DNA of 44,270 bases. Source: a virus. Its lineage: Duplodnaviria; Caudoviricetes. A program made the position numbers and the translations under genes. The first letter of the stretch is position 1. Each line of letters begins with the position of its first letter. The notes beneath the pieces were generated by a model. That model was not told where the DNA came from and searched no databases. It saw nothing but the letters and a program-made list of their open reading frames with translations. Location: the IMG/VR virus record IMGVR_UViG_3300037782_000174, positions 1 to 44,270 of that record; one strand, written 5' to 3'. This document shows positions 18,098-26,258 of the stretch, piece after piece.

Positions 18098-19759
18098 GTG
18101 ACCACGCCCGAACTTCCCGAAACGAAGTGGATCGATCCGCCAGTCTTGCCGCGCTCGGAAGAGGAGTTGCCGGCCGAGTTGCCCCATGGGGCGGAAATTC
18201 CGGCGGACCTCGACCCGCTAGCGGACGGCATCCTGATGGAACACCAGGCCGACTGGCTGGCCGACCTGTCCGACCTGAAGCTCTGTGAGAAGGGACGCCG
18301 TACCGGCATCACATTCGCCGAAGCCCTCGATGACACCTTGATTGCCGCCGCTGCGCGCTCGGCCGGTGGCGACAACATCTTCTATATCGGCGACACCAAG
18401 GACAAGGGCCGTGAGTTCATCGGCTACGTCGCACACTTTGCCCGCGTGGTGGCAAAGGAGCTGGCGACTGTCGAGGAGTTCATGTTCCTGGACCAGCGCG
18501 AAGACGGCTCATCGAAGGAGATTGCAGCTTACCGGGTGCGCTTTGCCTCTGGCTTCAGGGTTGAAGCTCTGTCGTCGCGGCCGGAGAATATTCGCGGCCT
18601 GCAGGGCATCGTCGTCATCGACGAAGCGGCCTTCCACAAGGACGTGCGCGAGTTGCTGGACGCGGTCAACGCCCTGCTGATCTGGGGCGGCAAGGTTCGC
18701 ATCATCTCGACCCACTACGGCCATCTCAATCCGTTCAATGAGCTGATCCGGGAAGTGCGCGCCACGGGCAAGCCGCCTTATTCGATCCACACCATCACAT
18801 TTGCCGACGCGGTTCGGAACGGTTTGTTCAAACGCCGTTGTCTGATCCGCGGCGAGGAGTGGTCGCAAGAGGCGGAGGACGCCTGGGAAAAGAAAATCCG
18901 CGACAGCTACGGCAAGCGCACCGCCAAGATGAAGCAGGAGCTTGACGCGGTGCCGTCCGAATCGGAGGGCGCAGCGCTTACCCGCGTCCAGATCGAAGCG
19001 GCGATGCAGCCAGGCATTCCAACCGTGCGCTGGGCTCGCGACGACGATTTCAAGAACGCCCCTGCCCATGTCCGCACGGCAGACGCACAAGACTTCTGCG
19101 AAAAGGAGTTGCGGCCGCTTCTCGAAAAGCTCAATCCGCGCCGCGCCCACGTCTTCGGCGAGGACTTTGCGCGCTCCGGCCACGCCACGGTCATCCTGCC
19201 GGTTGAAATCGGCACAGACCTTGTGCGCCGCTCATGCTTCATCGTTGAGCTGCGCAACGTGCCGTTCGATCAGCAAAGAGAAATCCTGTTCTACGTGGTG
19301 AACAGGTTGCCGCGGCTGGCAGGTGGCGCGCTCGACGCAACCGGCAACGGGGCGTACCTGGCGGAAGTGGCTGCCCAGAAATACGGCTCGACCGTGGTCG
19401 AAGTGAAGCTGTCCGAAGCCTGGTACAAAACGGAGATGGTTGCCTACACCGAAGCGATCGGCGACCGCAGCTTCATTCTCCCCAGGGACGAAGACATTCT
19501 GCGCGACCACCAGGCGCTCTCGTTCATCAACGGCATCATCAAGGTTCCCGACGATCACGAGGTGAAAGGCGCGGATGGTTTCGAGCGTCACGGTGACAGC
19601 GCGGTCGCGGGCGCGCTCGCTCACTACGCCAGTCGGGCCGATCTCGAAGAATTCGACTACCAGTCAGCGGTCGAACCGGATCGTGATGGCAGGGTCGACA
19701 TGTTCGAGCAGCCGTCGAGCGGCGGGCTGAACCCCGACCTGCGCGGAGGCTTGTGGTGA
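18098..19759 (+). CDS. Terminase large subunit (Mu gp28-like)
   Basis: EKGRRTGIT (Walker A), VVIDEAAF (Walker B), GEDFAR, DATGNG and RHGDSAVA nuclease motifs. Confidence 0.93.
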   Translation: MTTPELPETKWIDPPVLPRSEEELPAELPHGAEIPADLDPLADGILMEHQADWLADLSDLKLCEKGRRTGITFAEALDDTLIAAAARSAGGDNIFYIGDTKDKGREFIGYVAHFARVVAKELATVEEFMFLDQREDGSSKEIAAYRVRFASGFRVEALSSRPENIRGLQGIVVIDEAAFHKDVRELLDAVNALLIWGGKVRIISTHYGHLNPFNELIREVRATGKPPYSIHTITFADAVRNGLFKRRCLIRGEEWSQEAEDAWEKKIRDSYGKRTAKMKQELDAVPSESEGAALTRVQIEAAMQPGIPTVRWARDDDFKNAPAHVRTADAQDFCEKELRPLLEKLNPRRAHVFGEDFARSGHATVILPVEIGTDLVRRSCFIVELRNVPFDQQREILFYVVNRLPRLAGGALDATGNGAYLAEVAAQKYGSTVVEVKLSEAWYKTEMVAYTEAIGDRSFILPRDEDILRDHQALSFINGIIKVPDDHEVKGADGFERHGDSAVAGALAHYASRADLEEFDYQSAVEPDRDGRVDMFEQPSSGGLNPDLRGGLW

Positions 19760-19926
19760 TGCCCAGCTTCGGTTGCGACGAATACGGTTCGGCCGAGGAA
19801 TGCAGGCGCCGCCGCGCCTGGGAGGCGCACTACAGGGCCAAAGGCTGCTCAGTCCGCAAGGCAGCTGAAGTCGCTCTGCGCAAATGCACTCGCGCCAGCA
19901 CCTGGCCGGCGAAAGGAAATTCCTGA
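19759..19926 (+). CDS. 55-aa basic, Cys-containing protein between terminase and portal (below the ORF-track cutoff)
   Basis: MPSFGCDEYGSAEECRRRRAWEAHYRAKGCSVRKAAEVALRKCTRASTWPAKGNS*; TGATG-coupled, with its stop abutting the portal ATG. Confidence 0.55.
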   Translation: MPSFGCDEYGSAEECRRRRAWEAHYRAKGCSVRKAAEVALRKCTRASTWPAKGNS

Positions 19927-21576
19927 ATGGCACCGACACCGCGGCTTCTCGACCAGTGGGGCAAACCGGTCTCGCTCACATCGCTCACCCAGGAGTTCGC
20001 CGAACCGACGCGCGCTTCCATCAACTCTGTGTGGACCGAAAGCGTAGCGACGGCGATGGACCCGATCGCGCTCGGCGAAATCCTGCGCCAGGCAGCGCGC
20101 GGTTATCCCGACCGGTTCTTCGTACTGGCTGAGGAAATGGAGGAGCGCGACCTGCACTACGGTTCGGTGCTCGGCACACGCAAGCTCGCCATCACCGGAA
20201 TAGAGCCGATCGTGGTTGAAGGCGGTAAAGACGCGACCGCCAAGCGCATCGCAGAGGTGGTCGGCGAGCTGGTTGCCGAGCCGGAGTTCGTCGACGACAT
20301 GATCGCCGACCTGCTTGACGCGCTCGGCAAGGGCTATTCGCTTGTCGAGACGGTTTGGCAACGTTCGGCCAGTGAGTGGTGGCCGAAGGCTTACAAATGG
20401 CGTGACCAACGCTTCTTCCAGCTCGACCAGGTGGACGGTCGTACACTTCGCAAGAAGTCACCAGGTTCCGCCGATGGCCTCGATCTGCCACCGTTCCTGT
20501 TCGCCATTCATCGGCCCAAACGCAAGTCCGGCCTGCCGATCCGTGGCGGGTTGGCGCGGCTCGCAGCATGGGCGTTCCTGTTCAAGCACTATTCGCTGAA
20601 GGACTGGATGGCCTTCCTGGAAGTTTACGGCATGCCGCTGCGCGTCGGTCGCTTCGGCCGTGGGGCCAGCCACGACGACAGAAGGGTCTTGCTCAAAGCG
20701 GTGCGCGATATCTCGACCGACGCAGCCGCGATCATCCCCAAGGAGATGGAGATCGAGTTCATCGAAGCCAAGGGCGGTGGTAGCGGCAGCGGCAACGGAT
20801 TGTTCTCCGGGATGGCCGAGTATCTCGACAAGCAGATGTCGAAGGCGGTGCTCGGCCAGACTATGTCGACCGATGACGGCGCTTCGCTTTCCCAGGCGAA
20901 AATCCATGAGAACGTACGCCACGACATTGCCCGCGCCGACGCCAGGCAAGTGGCGGTGGCTGTCAACCGTGATCTAATCCGACCGTTCGTTGACCTGAAT
21001 TTCGGGCCGCAGGAGCGCTACCCAACCGTTGTCATTCCGGTCATCGAGAACGAGGACGTTAAGGCACTGGCAGAAATCGTTTCGACGCTGGTTCCGCTGG
21101 GCATGGAAATCGGCATGGCGAGCCTGCGCGAACGGCTCGGCTTCGAAGACCCCGACGAAGGTGACGTGCTGCTCAAACCCGCAGCGTCGTCTAAGCCCAA
21201 GCTACCGAACAAGCCAGGCGCGGAAAACGACAACCTTGATGATGATGAAGGCAGCCAGGACAACAAGGCGGCGGCGCGAAGGCTTTCTGCCTGCCCGCAT
21301 TGCGGTGGGCATCACGCCCTTGCGGCCGAGCAGCTGCGCGACCAGGACGAGCTTGACCTTCTGGTTGAGGAGGCCTTGTCGCACTGGCAGCGCGACATGG
21401 ACCCGATGATGGAACCGCTGCGCCAGCTCGTCGCGCGATCGGCGAGCTACGAAGAATTACTCGCCGGACTGGAGCAGCTGCGCACCGGCTCTTCAGGAGA
21501 ACTCGTGGCCGCGCGGATCGCTGAGCTGCTGATGAAGGCGCGCGGCCTCGGGGATATCGCCCAGGGCCGGAGCTGA
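19927..21576 (+). CDS. Portal protein (DUF935 / Mu gp29)
   Basis: LAEEMEERDLH, FLEVYGMPLRVG and MSKAVLGQT motifs. Confidence 0.93.
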   Translation: MAPTPRLLDQWGKPVSLTSLTQEFAEPTRASINSVWTESVATAMDPIALGEILRQAARGYPDRFFVLAEEMEERDLHYGSVLGTRKLAITGIEPIVVEGGKDATAKRIAEVVGELVAEPEFVDDMIADLLDALGKGYSLVETVWQRSASEWWPKAYKWRDQRFFQLDQVDGRTLRKKSPGSADGLDLPPFLFAIHRPKRKSGLPIRGGLARLAAWAFLFKHYSLKDWMAFLEVYGMPLRVGRFGRGASHDDRRVLLKAVRDISTDAAAIIPKEMEIEFIEAKGGGSGSGNGLFSGMAEYLDKQMSKAVLGQTMSTDDGASLSQAKIHENVRHDIARADARQVAVAVNRDLIRPFVDLNFGPQERYPTVVIPVIENEDVKALAEIVSTLVPLGMEIGMASLRERLGFEDPDEGDVLLKPAASSKPKLPNKPGAENDNLDDDEGSQDNKAAARRLSACPHCGGHHALAAEQLRDQDELDLLVEEALSHWQRDMDPMMEPLRQLVARSASYEELLAGLEQLRTGSSGELVAARIAELLMKARGLGDIAQGRS

Positions 21577-21580
21577 GCCG

Positions 21581-22780
21581 GTGGCCGAGCTATTTGCGAC
21601 TGCACCGGACGAAGTTGTCCGCTATTTCCGCTCGAAACGATCGCTGCCTTCTTTCGATTGGCGCGATGTCGCGCCGCATGAGCACGCCTTTTCCTGGACC
21701 GTTGCCAAGTCGATGGAGCAGGATGTGCTGGAAGACATCCGCGCGGCCGTCGATGACGCCATCGTCAACCGGACACCTTTCGACCAGTTCGCCAAGCAGC
21801 TCACGCCGATCCTTCAGGAGAAGGGTTGGTGGGGAAAGGGCATCCAGGCGGACCCGAGAGACGGCTTGCCGCGCGTCGTGCAGCTTGGCAGTCCGCGCCG
21901 GCTCAGAACCATCTATTGGGCGAACGTGCGCAGTGCCCATGCCGCTGGCGAATGGGATCGCACGCAACGCAACAAGCGCTTCCTGCCCTTCCTCCTCTAC
22001 ACGTTAAGCCAGGCCGAGCGTCGCCGGCCGGAACATGAAGGCTGGGTGGGGATCGTACTTCCGGTAGATGATCCATGGTGGGACACTCATTACCCGCCGA
22101 ACGGATGGGGCTGCCAGTGCGGTGTGCGGCAGATATCGGAGCGCGAGGCGCGCCGGCTTGGCTGGTCGGACGGCATGGAAGGCCCGCAGATCGTGATGCG
22201 CGCCTGGAAGAACCGCCGCAGCGGGGAAACAGAGATGGTGCCGCTTGGCATCGATCCTGGCTGGGCCACCAATCCGGGCAAGAACCGCGCTTTGAACGCC
22301 GCCGAGTTTCTGCACGGCAAGCTCGGCGGCCTGACCGCCAACCGTCAGCGCGTGGCAATCGAGGACATCGTCGGCTCTCCCGCGTTTCGCGCGCTCGCCG
22401 AAGGCAAGTCGCCGGCCATGTCGTACATGCCGGTCGCGCAGATCGGCGAGGCGGTAGCCGAAATCTATGGCGGGCGGTCGGGTCCGGTCCTGTTGTCGGC
22501 CGACAGTGCCAGGCACATTCTCGACCACCCCGGCAGGCGCGGTCTGACAGTCGATGATCTGCGCGCGGCACTCGCCATCATTGCAGCGCCCGCGGCAATC
22601 ATCCGAGGTGATGCGAGTGCCTTGTTCCTCGGCGAAGCGGGCGGCACCTGGTGGCGCGCGGCTGTGAAGAACGTGCCGGTGCGAAACGAATGGTGGCTTA
22701 CAAGCTTCCATCGCAAGAACGCGGACGAAGCGCGCAAGATGATCGAGCGCGCAGAACGGGCAGACAGACGGTTGCGGTGA
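21581..22780 (+). CDS. MuF (gp30) minor head protein with C-terminal PBECR/BECR-like nuclease extension
   Basis: MuF core: LGSPRRLRTIY, RRPEH..W.G..LPVDDPWW..HYPPNGWGCQC, GIDPGWATNPG. Extra ~130 aa: VLLSADSARHILDH...LFLG....WWRAAVK.....EWWLTSFHR. Confidence 0.85.
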   Translation: MAELFATAPDEVVRYFRSKRSLPSFDWRDVAPHEHAFSWTVAKSMEQDVLEDIRAAVDDAIVNRTPFDQFAKQLTPILQEKGWWGKGIQADPRDGLPRVVQLGSPRRLRTIYWANVRSAHAAGEWDRTQRNKRFLPFLLYTLSQAERRRPEHEGWVGIVLPVDDPWWDTHYPPNGWGCQCGVRQISEREARRLGWSDGMEGPQIVMRAWKNRRSGETEMVPLGIDPGWATNPGKNRALNAAEFLHGKLGGLTANRQRVAIEDIVGSPAFRALAEGKSPAMSYMPVAQIGEAVAEIYGGRSGPVLLSADSARHILDHPGRRGLTVDDLRAALAIIAAPAAIIRGDASALFLGEAGGTWWRAAVKNVPVRNEWWLTSFHRKNADEARKMIERAERADRRLR

Positions 22781-22782
22781 AA

Positions 22783-22850
22783 AGGCACGGCGGGGCGTCA
22801 CTCCCGCACGGGTCCGGCAAAAACCGTCCCGGTTGAACTGGCTCGCGCCT
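22783..22850 (-). ncRNA. Putative tRNA-like small RNA convergent on muF
   Basis: 7-bp acceptor-like stem, anticodon-like arm and a 5-bp T-like arm directly adjoining the acceptor 3' strand. A G-U pair forms only on the - strand. It has its own promoter candidate. Confidence 0.6.
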
Positions 22851-22856
22851 GCTCGC

Positions 22857-22885
22857 AATATGATGCATGTTCGCGCTCTGAGCAA
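22857..22885 (-). promoter_or_regulatory. Sigma70-like promoter for the tRNA-like RNA
   Basis: On the - strand: TTGCTC (22885-22880), 17 bp, CATATT (22862-22857). Predicted +1 at about 22850, the first base of the stem. Confidence 0.6.
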
Positions 22886-23093
22886 CTGCGGCCGCGCGTG
22901 CGTCCTTGCGCTCACATCTCCCGAAAATACACGTCGGAAAAAACCGGCCGCACAAGCTCGCGGGCGGCGTTTGCGGCCAGTGACACGCGATCACCCCTCG
23001 ATTGCGCTTCTAGGGGCCTTCAAGAGCCTTTAGAGATAGGTTCAAGCTGCCGGGGAGGAGCGGGTGTGAACATCCGGGGCAATCAGCCGCTCC

Positions 23094-23108
23094 CCTGACA
23101 CTGTCAGG
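23094..23108. promoter_or_regulatory. Late-activator palindrome 2 (head operon)
   Basis: CCTGACACTGTCAGG, extending to CCCCTGACACTGTCAGGGG (23092-23110), upstream of the protease gene. Confidence 0.8.
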
Positions 23109-23145
23109 GGCGGATGCGGAACGCGAAGCAGTGAATTTGTCGCCC

Positions 23146-24255
23146 ATGACGAAGGCGACGGCAACAGCGATTTTCAACACCGATCTGGCGAGCGAGGCGA
23201 AAGCCGCGCCCGACTGGGTCGAACTCTTTCCGGCCGGTCCCGAAATCCAGGCCCGTGATGGCCGCAAGTGGACGGCTGATCCCGCCGCCGTGCTTGCCTC
23301 CTTTCAGGCAAACAATGGCCCGCTGGCGATCGACTACGAACATGGCCAGGACATTCTGGCTGAGAACGGCCAGGAGGCGCCGGCAGCTGGCTGGATTATC
23401 GAGTTGGATGATCGAGCCGGTGCTGTATGGGCCAAGGTCGAGTGGACCGCCCGTGCCGCCAAGATGATTGCGGAGCGCGAGTACCGCTACCTTTCGCCAG
23501 CCTTCAATCACACCAAGGATGGGCGCGTTTCGGGGTTGCTCGGCGCTGGCCTGGTCAACCGCCCGGCGCTCGTGATGACGGCGCTGAGCCGAAAGACTTC
23601 CAAAACCAATGAGGAAAACGACATGAAGGCAATCGCCAAGGCGCTCGGCCTCGGTGAGGACGCGGACGAAGCCGCCATCCTCGCCGCGATCACCGCGCGC
23701 GGCACCGAGCAGACCGAACTCTGCAAGGCGCTGAAGCTCGACCCGGAAAAGGCGGACGCAGCGGCCGTACTGGCTGCGATCAGCAAGCTGGCCGGCGACC
23801 TGGAAACGGCAACCGCACGTGCCCAGGGCAAGACGGAAGGCGGCGATGCCGAGCTGGCGGCGCTCAAGACCCAGCTCGCCGACACCCAGAAAGCACTCAC
23901 GTCGCTGCAGAAGAAGGACGCCGATCGCGAAATCGACGCAGCACTCGATGAGGCTGCCTCGGCCGGCAAGATCACGCCGGCTTCTCGCGAAACCTACCGT
24001 GCCATGTGCGCGACGGATGGTGGACTTGAACGCTTCAAAGCGCTCGCGGCCACGCTTCCGGTCATCTGCGATCCGACCGATCTGGACACGTCGACCGCTA
24101 CCACCACGGGCGCCGACGACGAAGACCCGGTCGCACTCGCCGCCCGTGCCCGCAAGTACCAGGACGAACAGTGCGCCGCCGGCCGCAACATCGATACCGC
24201 AACCGCGGTCATCGAAGTGAAGGCGGGAGCGGACAAGAAGGAGACCGCGAAGTGA
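23146..24255 (+). CDS. Mu-like prohead protease I with probable nested scaffold Z
   Basis: IDYEH, APAAGWI, VEWT..A...I..REYRYLSP and GLVNRPAL motifs; internal RBS and ATG at 23623. Confidence 0.92.
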   Translation: MTKATATAIFNTDLASEAKAAPDWVELFPAGPEIQARDGRKWTADPAAVLASFQANNGPLAIDYEHGQDILAENGQEAPAAGWIIELDDRAGAVWAKVEWTARAAKMIAEREYRYLSPAFNHTKDGRVSGLLGAGLVNRPALVMTALSRKTSKTNEENDMKAIAKALGLGEDADEAAILAAITARGTEQTELCKALKLDPEKADAAAVLAAISKLAGDLETATARAQGKTEGGDAELAALKTQLADTQKALTSLQKKDADREIDAALDEAASAGKITPASRETYRAMCATDGGLERFKALAATLPVICDPTDLDTSTATTTGADDEDPVALAARARKYQDEQCAAGRNIDTATAVIEVKAGADKKETAK

Positions 24256-24638
24256 CTTCCCCGATCCTCACGAAGAGCTTTCTCTGCGCCGCCGACATCG
24301 CCGGCTTCCTGATCGTGGCCGCCGAAGGCACCGACAAACAGGTCCAGGTCGCTTCCGATCCAACCGAGCTGCTCATTGGCGCTGCCGATGAGATGGGCGG
24401 CAAGACGGGAGGCATGGTCGACATCGATGTGGCCGGCTGGTCTTCCGTCCGGTTCGGCGACGATGTCGATTTCGGCACCCCGCTCACCACCGACGCCAAC
24501 GGCAAGGCCGTTGCGGCCGTGCCCGTTGCCGGTTCCGTCATCCGCTGCATCGGCTTCGCCATGTGCGACGCGGCCGATGGCGATGTCGGCCCCTACCAGA
24601 TCGCGCCTCACGTGATCGCCACCCCGGCGGCCGCGTAG
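24252..24638 (+). CDS. Head decoration/cement protein (DUF2190-like)
   Basis: GTGA coupling; GTPLTTDANGKAV and IGFAM..AADGD motifs; lies between protease and capsid. Confidence 0.75.
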   Translation: MTSPILTKSFLCAADIAGFLIVAAEGTDKQVQVASDPTELLIGAADEMGGKTGGMVDIDVAGWSSVRFGDDVDFGTPLTTDANGKAVAAVPVAGSVIRCIGFAMCDAADGDVGPYQIAPHVIATPAAA

Positions 24639-24665
24639 CCGGTCAGCCACTGAAAAGGACCAACG

Positions 24666-25640
24666 ATGGCTCACAACCGCCCCTTTCCGGTCGACGCGAC
24701 GCTGACGGCGATCGCGATCGCCTACCGCAATCCAGACGCGTACCTGATCAACGACCGGGTGCTGCCGGCCGTGCCGGTCCTGTCGGAGAAGTTCAAATGG
24801 CAGGAATGGCCGCTCGGCCAGGCGTTCTCCGTGCCGGATCTCGAAGTCGGCCGCCGAGGCCGTGTCGGCCGCGTGGAGTTCAAGGCCGAGGAACGCGACA
24901 GCTCGGTCAAGGATTACGGCCAGGACACCGAAATTCCCTACTCCGATATGGAGGAGGCGCGGCGCGCCAGGGCAGAACGGCGCTCGACCTATGATCCGCG
25001 TGCAGCATCTGTCGGCCTGTTGACCGATCTGATCAATCTCGGCCGCGAGGTTCGCTGCGCCGAGATCGTTCAGGATAGCGACAACTACGTCGCCGGCCGC
25101 AAGATCGCCCTGGTCGGCAACCAGAAGTTCTCCGACTTCGAGAACTCCGACCCGTTCGCGGTCATCGACGAGGGTTTCGACAAGACACTCGTCTACCGGC
25201 CCAACCACATCGTCATGGGCCAGCCGGTCTGGTCGAAAGTGAAGCGGCACCCGAAGCTGATCAAGGCGGTCAAGGGTGGCCTCACCGAGGACGGCGCGAT
25301 TACCAAGGCGCAGTTTGGTGAACTGTTCGAGATCGAAGCGCAGAACGTGCTGATCGGCATGTCGCAGGTGAACCTGGCCGCGCGCGGCCAGGACCCGAAC
25401 CTAGCGCGCGTGTGGGGCAAGTCGATCCAGCTGCTCTATCTCAACCGCGCCAAGCAGGCGCCCACCGATGGCGTCATGACCTTCGGCTTCACCGCCGAAT
25501 ACGGGACGCGCCTCTCCGGCTCTATCGAGGACAAGGATATCGGCCTTGAGGGCGGCGAGCGGGTGCGCGTTGGCGAGAAGGTGCGCGAGACGGTCTGCGC
25601 CAAAGACCTCGGCTACCAGATCGCGGACGCGGTGGCCTGA
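24666..25640 (+). CDS. Major capsid protein
   Basis: 324 aa; PFPVDATLTAIAIAYRN N-terminus typical of this capsid group; strong RBS; position. Confidence 0.85.
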   Translation: MAHNRPFPVDATLTAIAIAYRNPDAYLINDRVLPAVPVLSEKFKWQEWPLGQAFSVPDLEVGRRGRVGRVEFKAEERDSSVKDYGQDTEIPYSDMEEARRARAERRSTYDPRAASVGLLTDLINLGREVRCAEIVQDSDNYVAGRKIALVGNQKFSDFENSDPFAVIDEGFDKTLVYRPNHIVMGQPVWSKVKRHPKLIKAVKGGLTEDGAITKAQFGELFEIEAQNVLIGMSQVNLAARGQDPNLARVWGKSIQLLYLNRAKQAPTDGVMTFGFTAEYGTRLSGSIEDKDIGLEGGERVRVGEKVRETVCAKDLGYQIADAVA

Positions 25641-25678
25641 CACGGATAATCGCCGTCTGTTGCCGTCGGCGATTTCAC

Positions 25679-25720
25679 CCCGGCCGCGTCCCCAGCCCGG
25701 AGGGCGCGGCCGGGTCTTTC
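25679..25720 (+). terminator. Hairpin with short U-tract after the capsid gene
   Basis: CCCGGCCGCG...CGCGGCCGGG followed by TCTTTC. Confidence 0.5.
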
Positions 25721-25780
25721 GAGAGGGGCAGCTGCTGCCCCTGCCGCAAGACCCGCCTTTGAAACAGGAGTGAGACAAAG

Positions 25781-26134
25781 ATGGACGATCTGACCAAGAT
25801 CAAGGGTATCGGCAAAGGCACGGCCGAGAAGCTCGTGGCAGCCGGATTTGCGACTTACGCGGCTCTTGCGGCGGCGTCTGCCGAGGCGCTGGCGGAGATC
25901 GCGCCCAGCCCGGAGGTTGCTGCCGAGTGGGTCGCCGCCGCCGCGACGCTGGCCGAAGCTCCGCCGACCGAAGAGACCGAAAAAAAGAAGCCCGGCAAGG
26001 CAAAGGCCGGCCTCACCTGCAAATCCGAGGTGCGCTGGGGCGGCAAGACCTACCGTCCCGGTGATCCGTTGCCGGCCGACTTTCCTGCCGACGAGGTGCG
26101 CGGGCTGAAGGCCCGCGGCTTCATAGAAGAATAA
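25781..26134 (+). CDS. Helix-hairpin-helix domain protein (Mu gp35 position)
   Basis: DDLTKIKGIGKGTAEKL HhH motif; C-terminal GKTYRPGD..L..RGFIE. Confidence 0.8.
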   Translation: MDDLTKIKGIGKGTAEKLVAAGFATYAALAAASAEALAEIAPSPEVAAEWVAAAATLAEAPPTEETEKKKPGKAKAGLTCKSEVRWGGKTYRPGDPLPADFPADEVRGLKARGFIEE

Positions 26135-26258
26135 CCGAGGGGCGGGTCTGGTCCGGCTCGCGAGGCCGTCAGCACCCATCGACCCGGCTCCGGCCGGACA
26201 GGGAACCTTCGAAGGTAGGGGCTAAGCCCGCCCGCCCGAACATGTCTCGCGAGGCAAC

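Noticed and set aside
22783-22850. Canonical tRNA gene
   Set aside because: No D-stem, no TTCRA T-loop, a 6-nt loop with an internal bulge in the anticodon-like arm, and no CCA at the acceptor end. Kept only as a tRNA-like RNA.
22833-23098. ORFs 22833-23033 and 22898-23098 as a MuF immunity protein
   Set aside because: Non-ATG starts, no clear RBS, Arg/Ala/Ser-rich noise-like composition, and overlap with the promoter and palindrome.
23994-25250. Long - strand ORFs (also 7601-8581, 31788-32693, 37159-38202)
   Set aside because: Antisense shadows of well-supported high-GC + strand genes; no recognisable motifs.
25636-25643. Fourth late-activator site (CCTGACAC) at the capsid stop
   Set aside because: Half-site only; the right arm TGTCAGG is missing.
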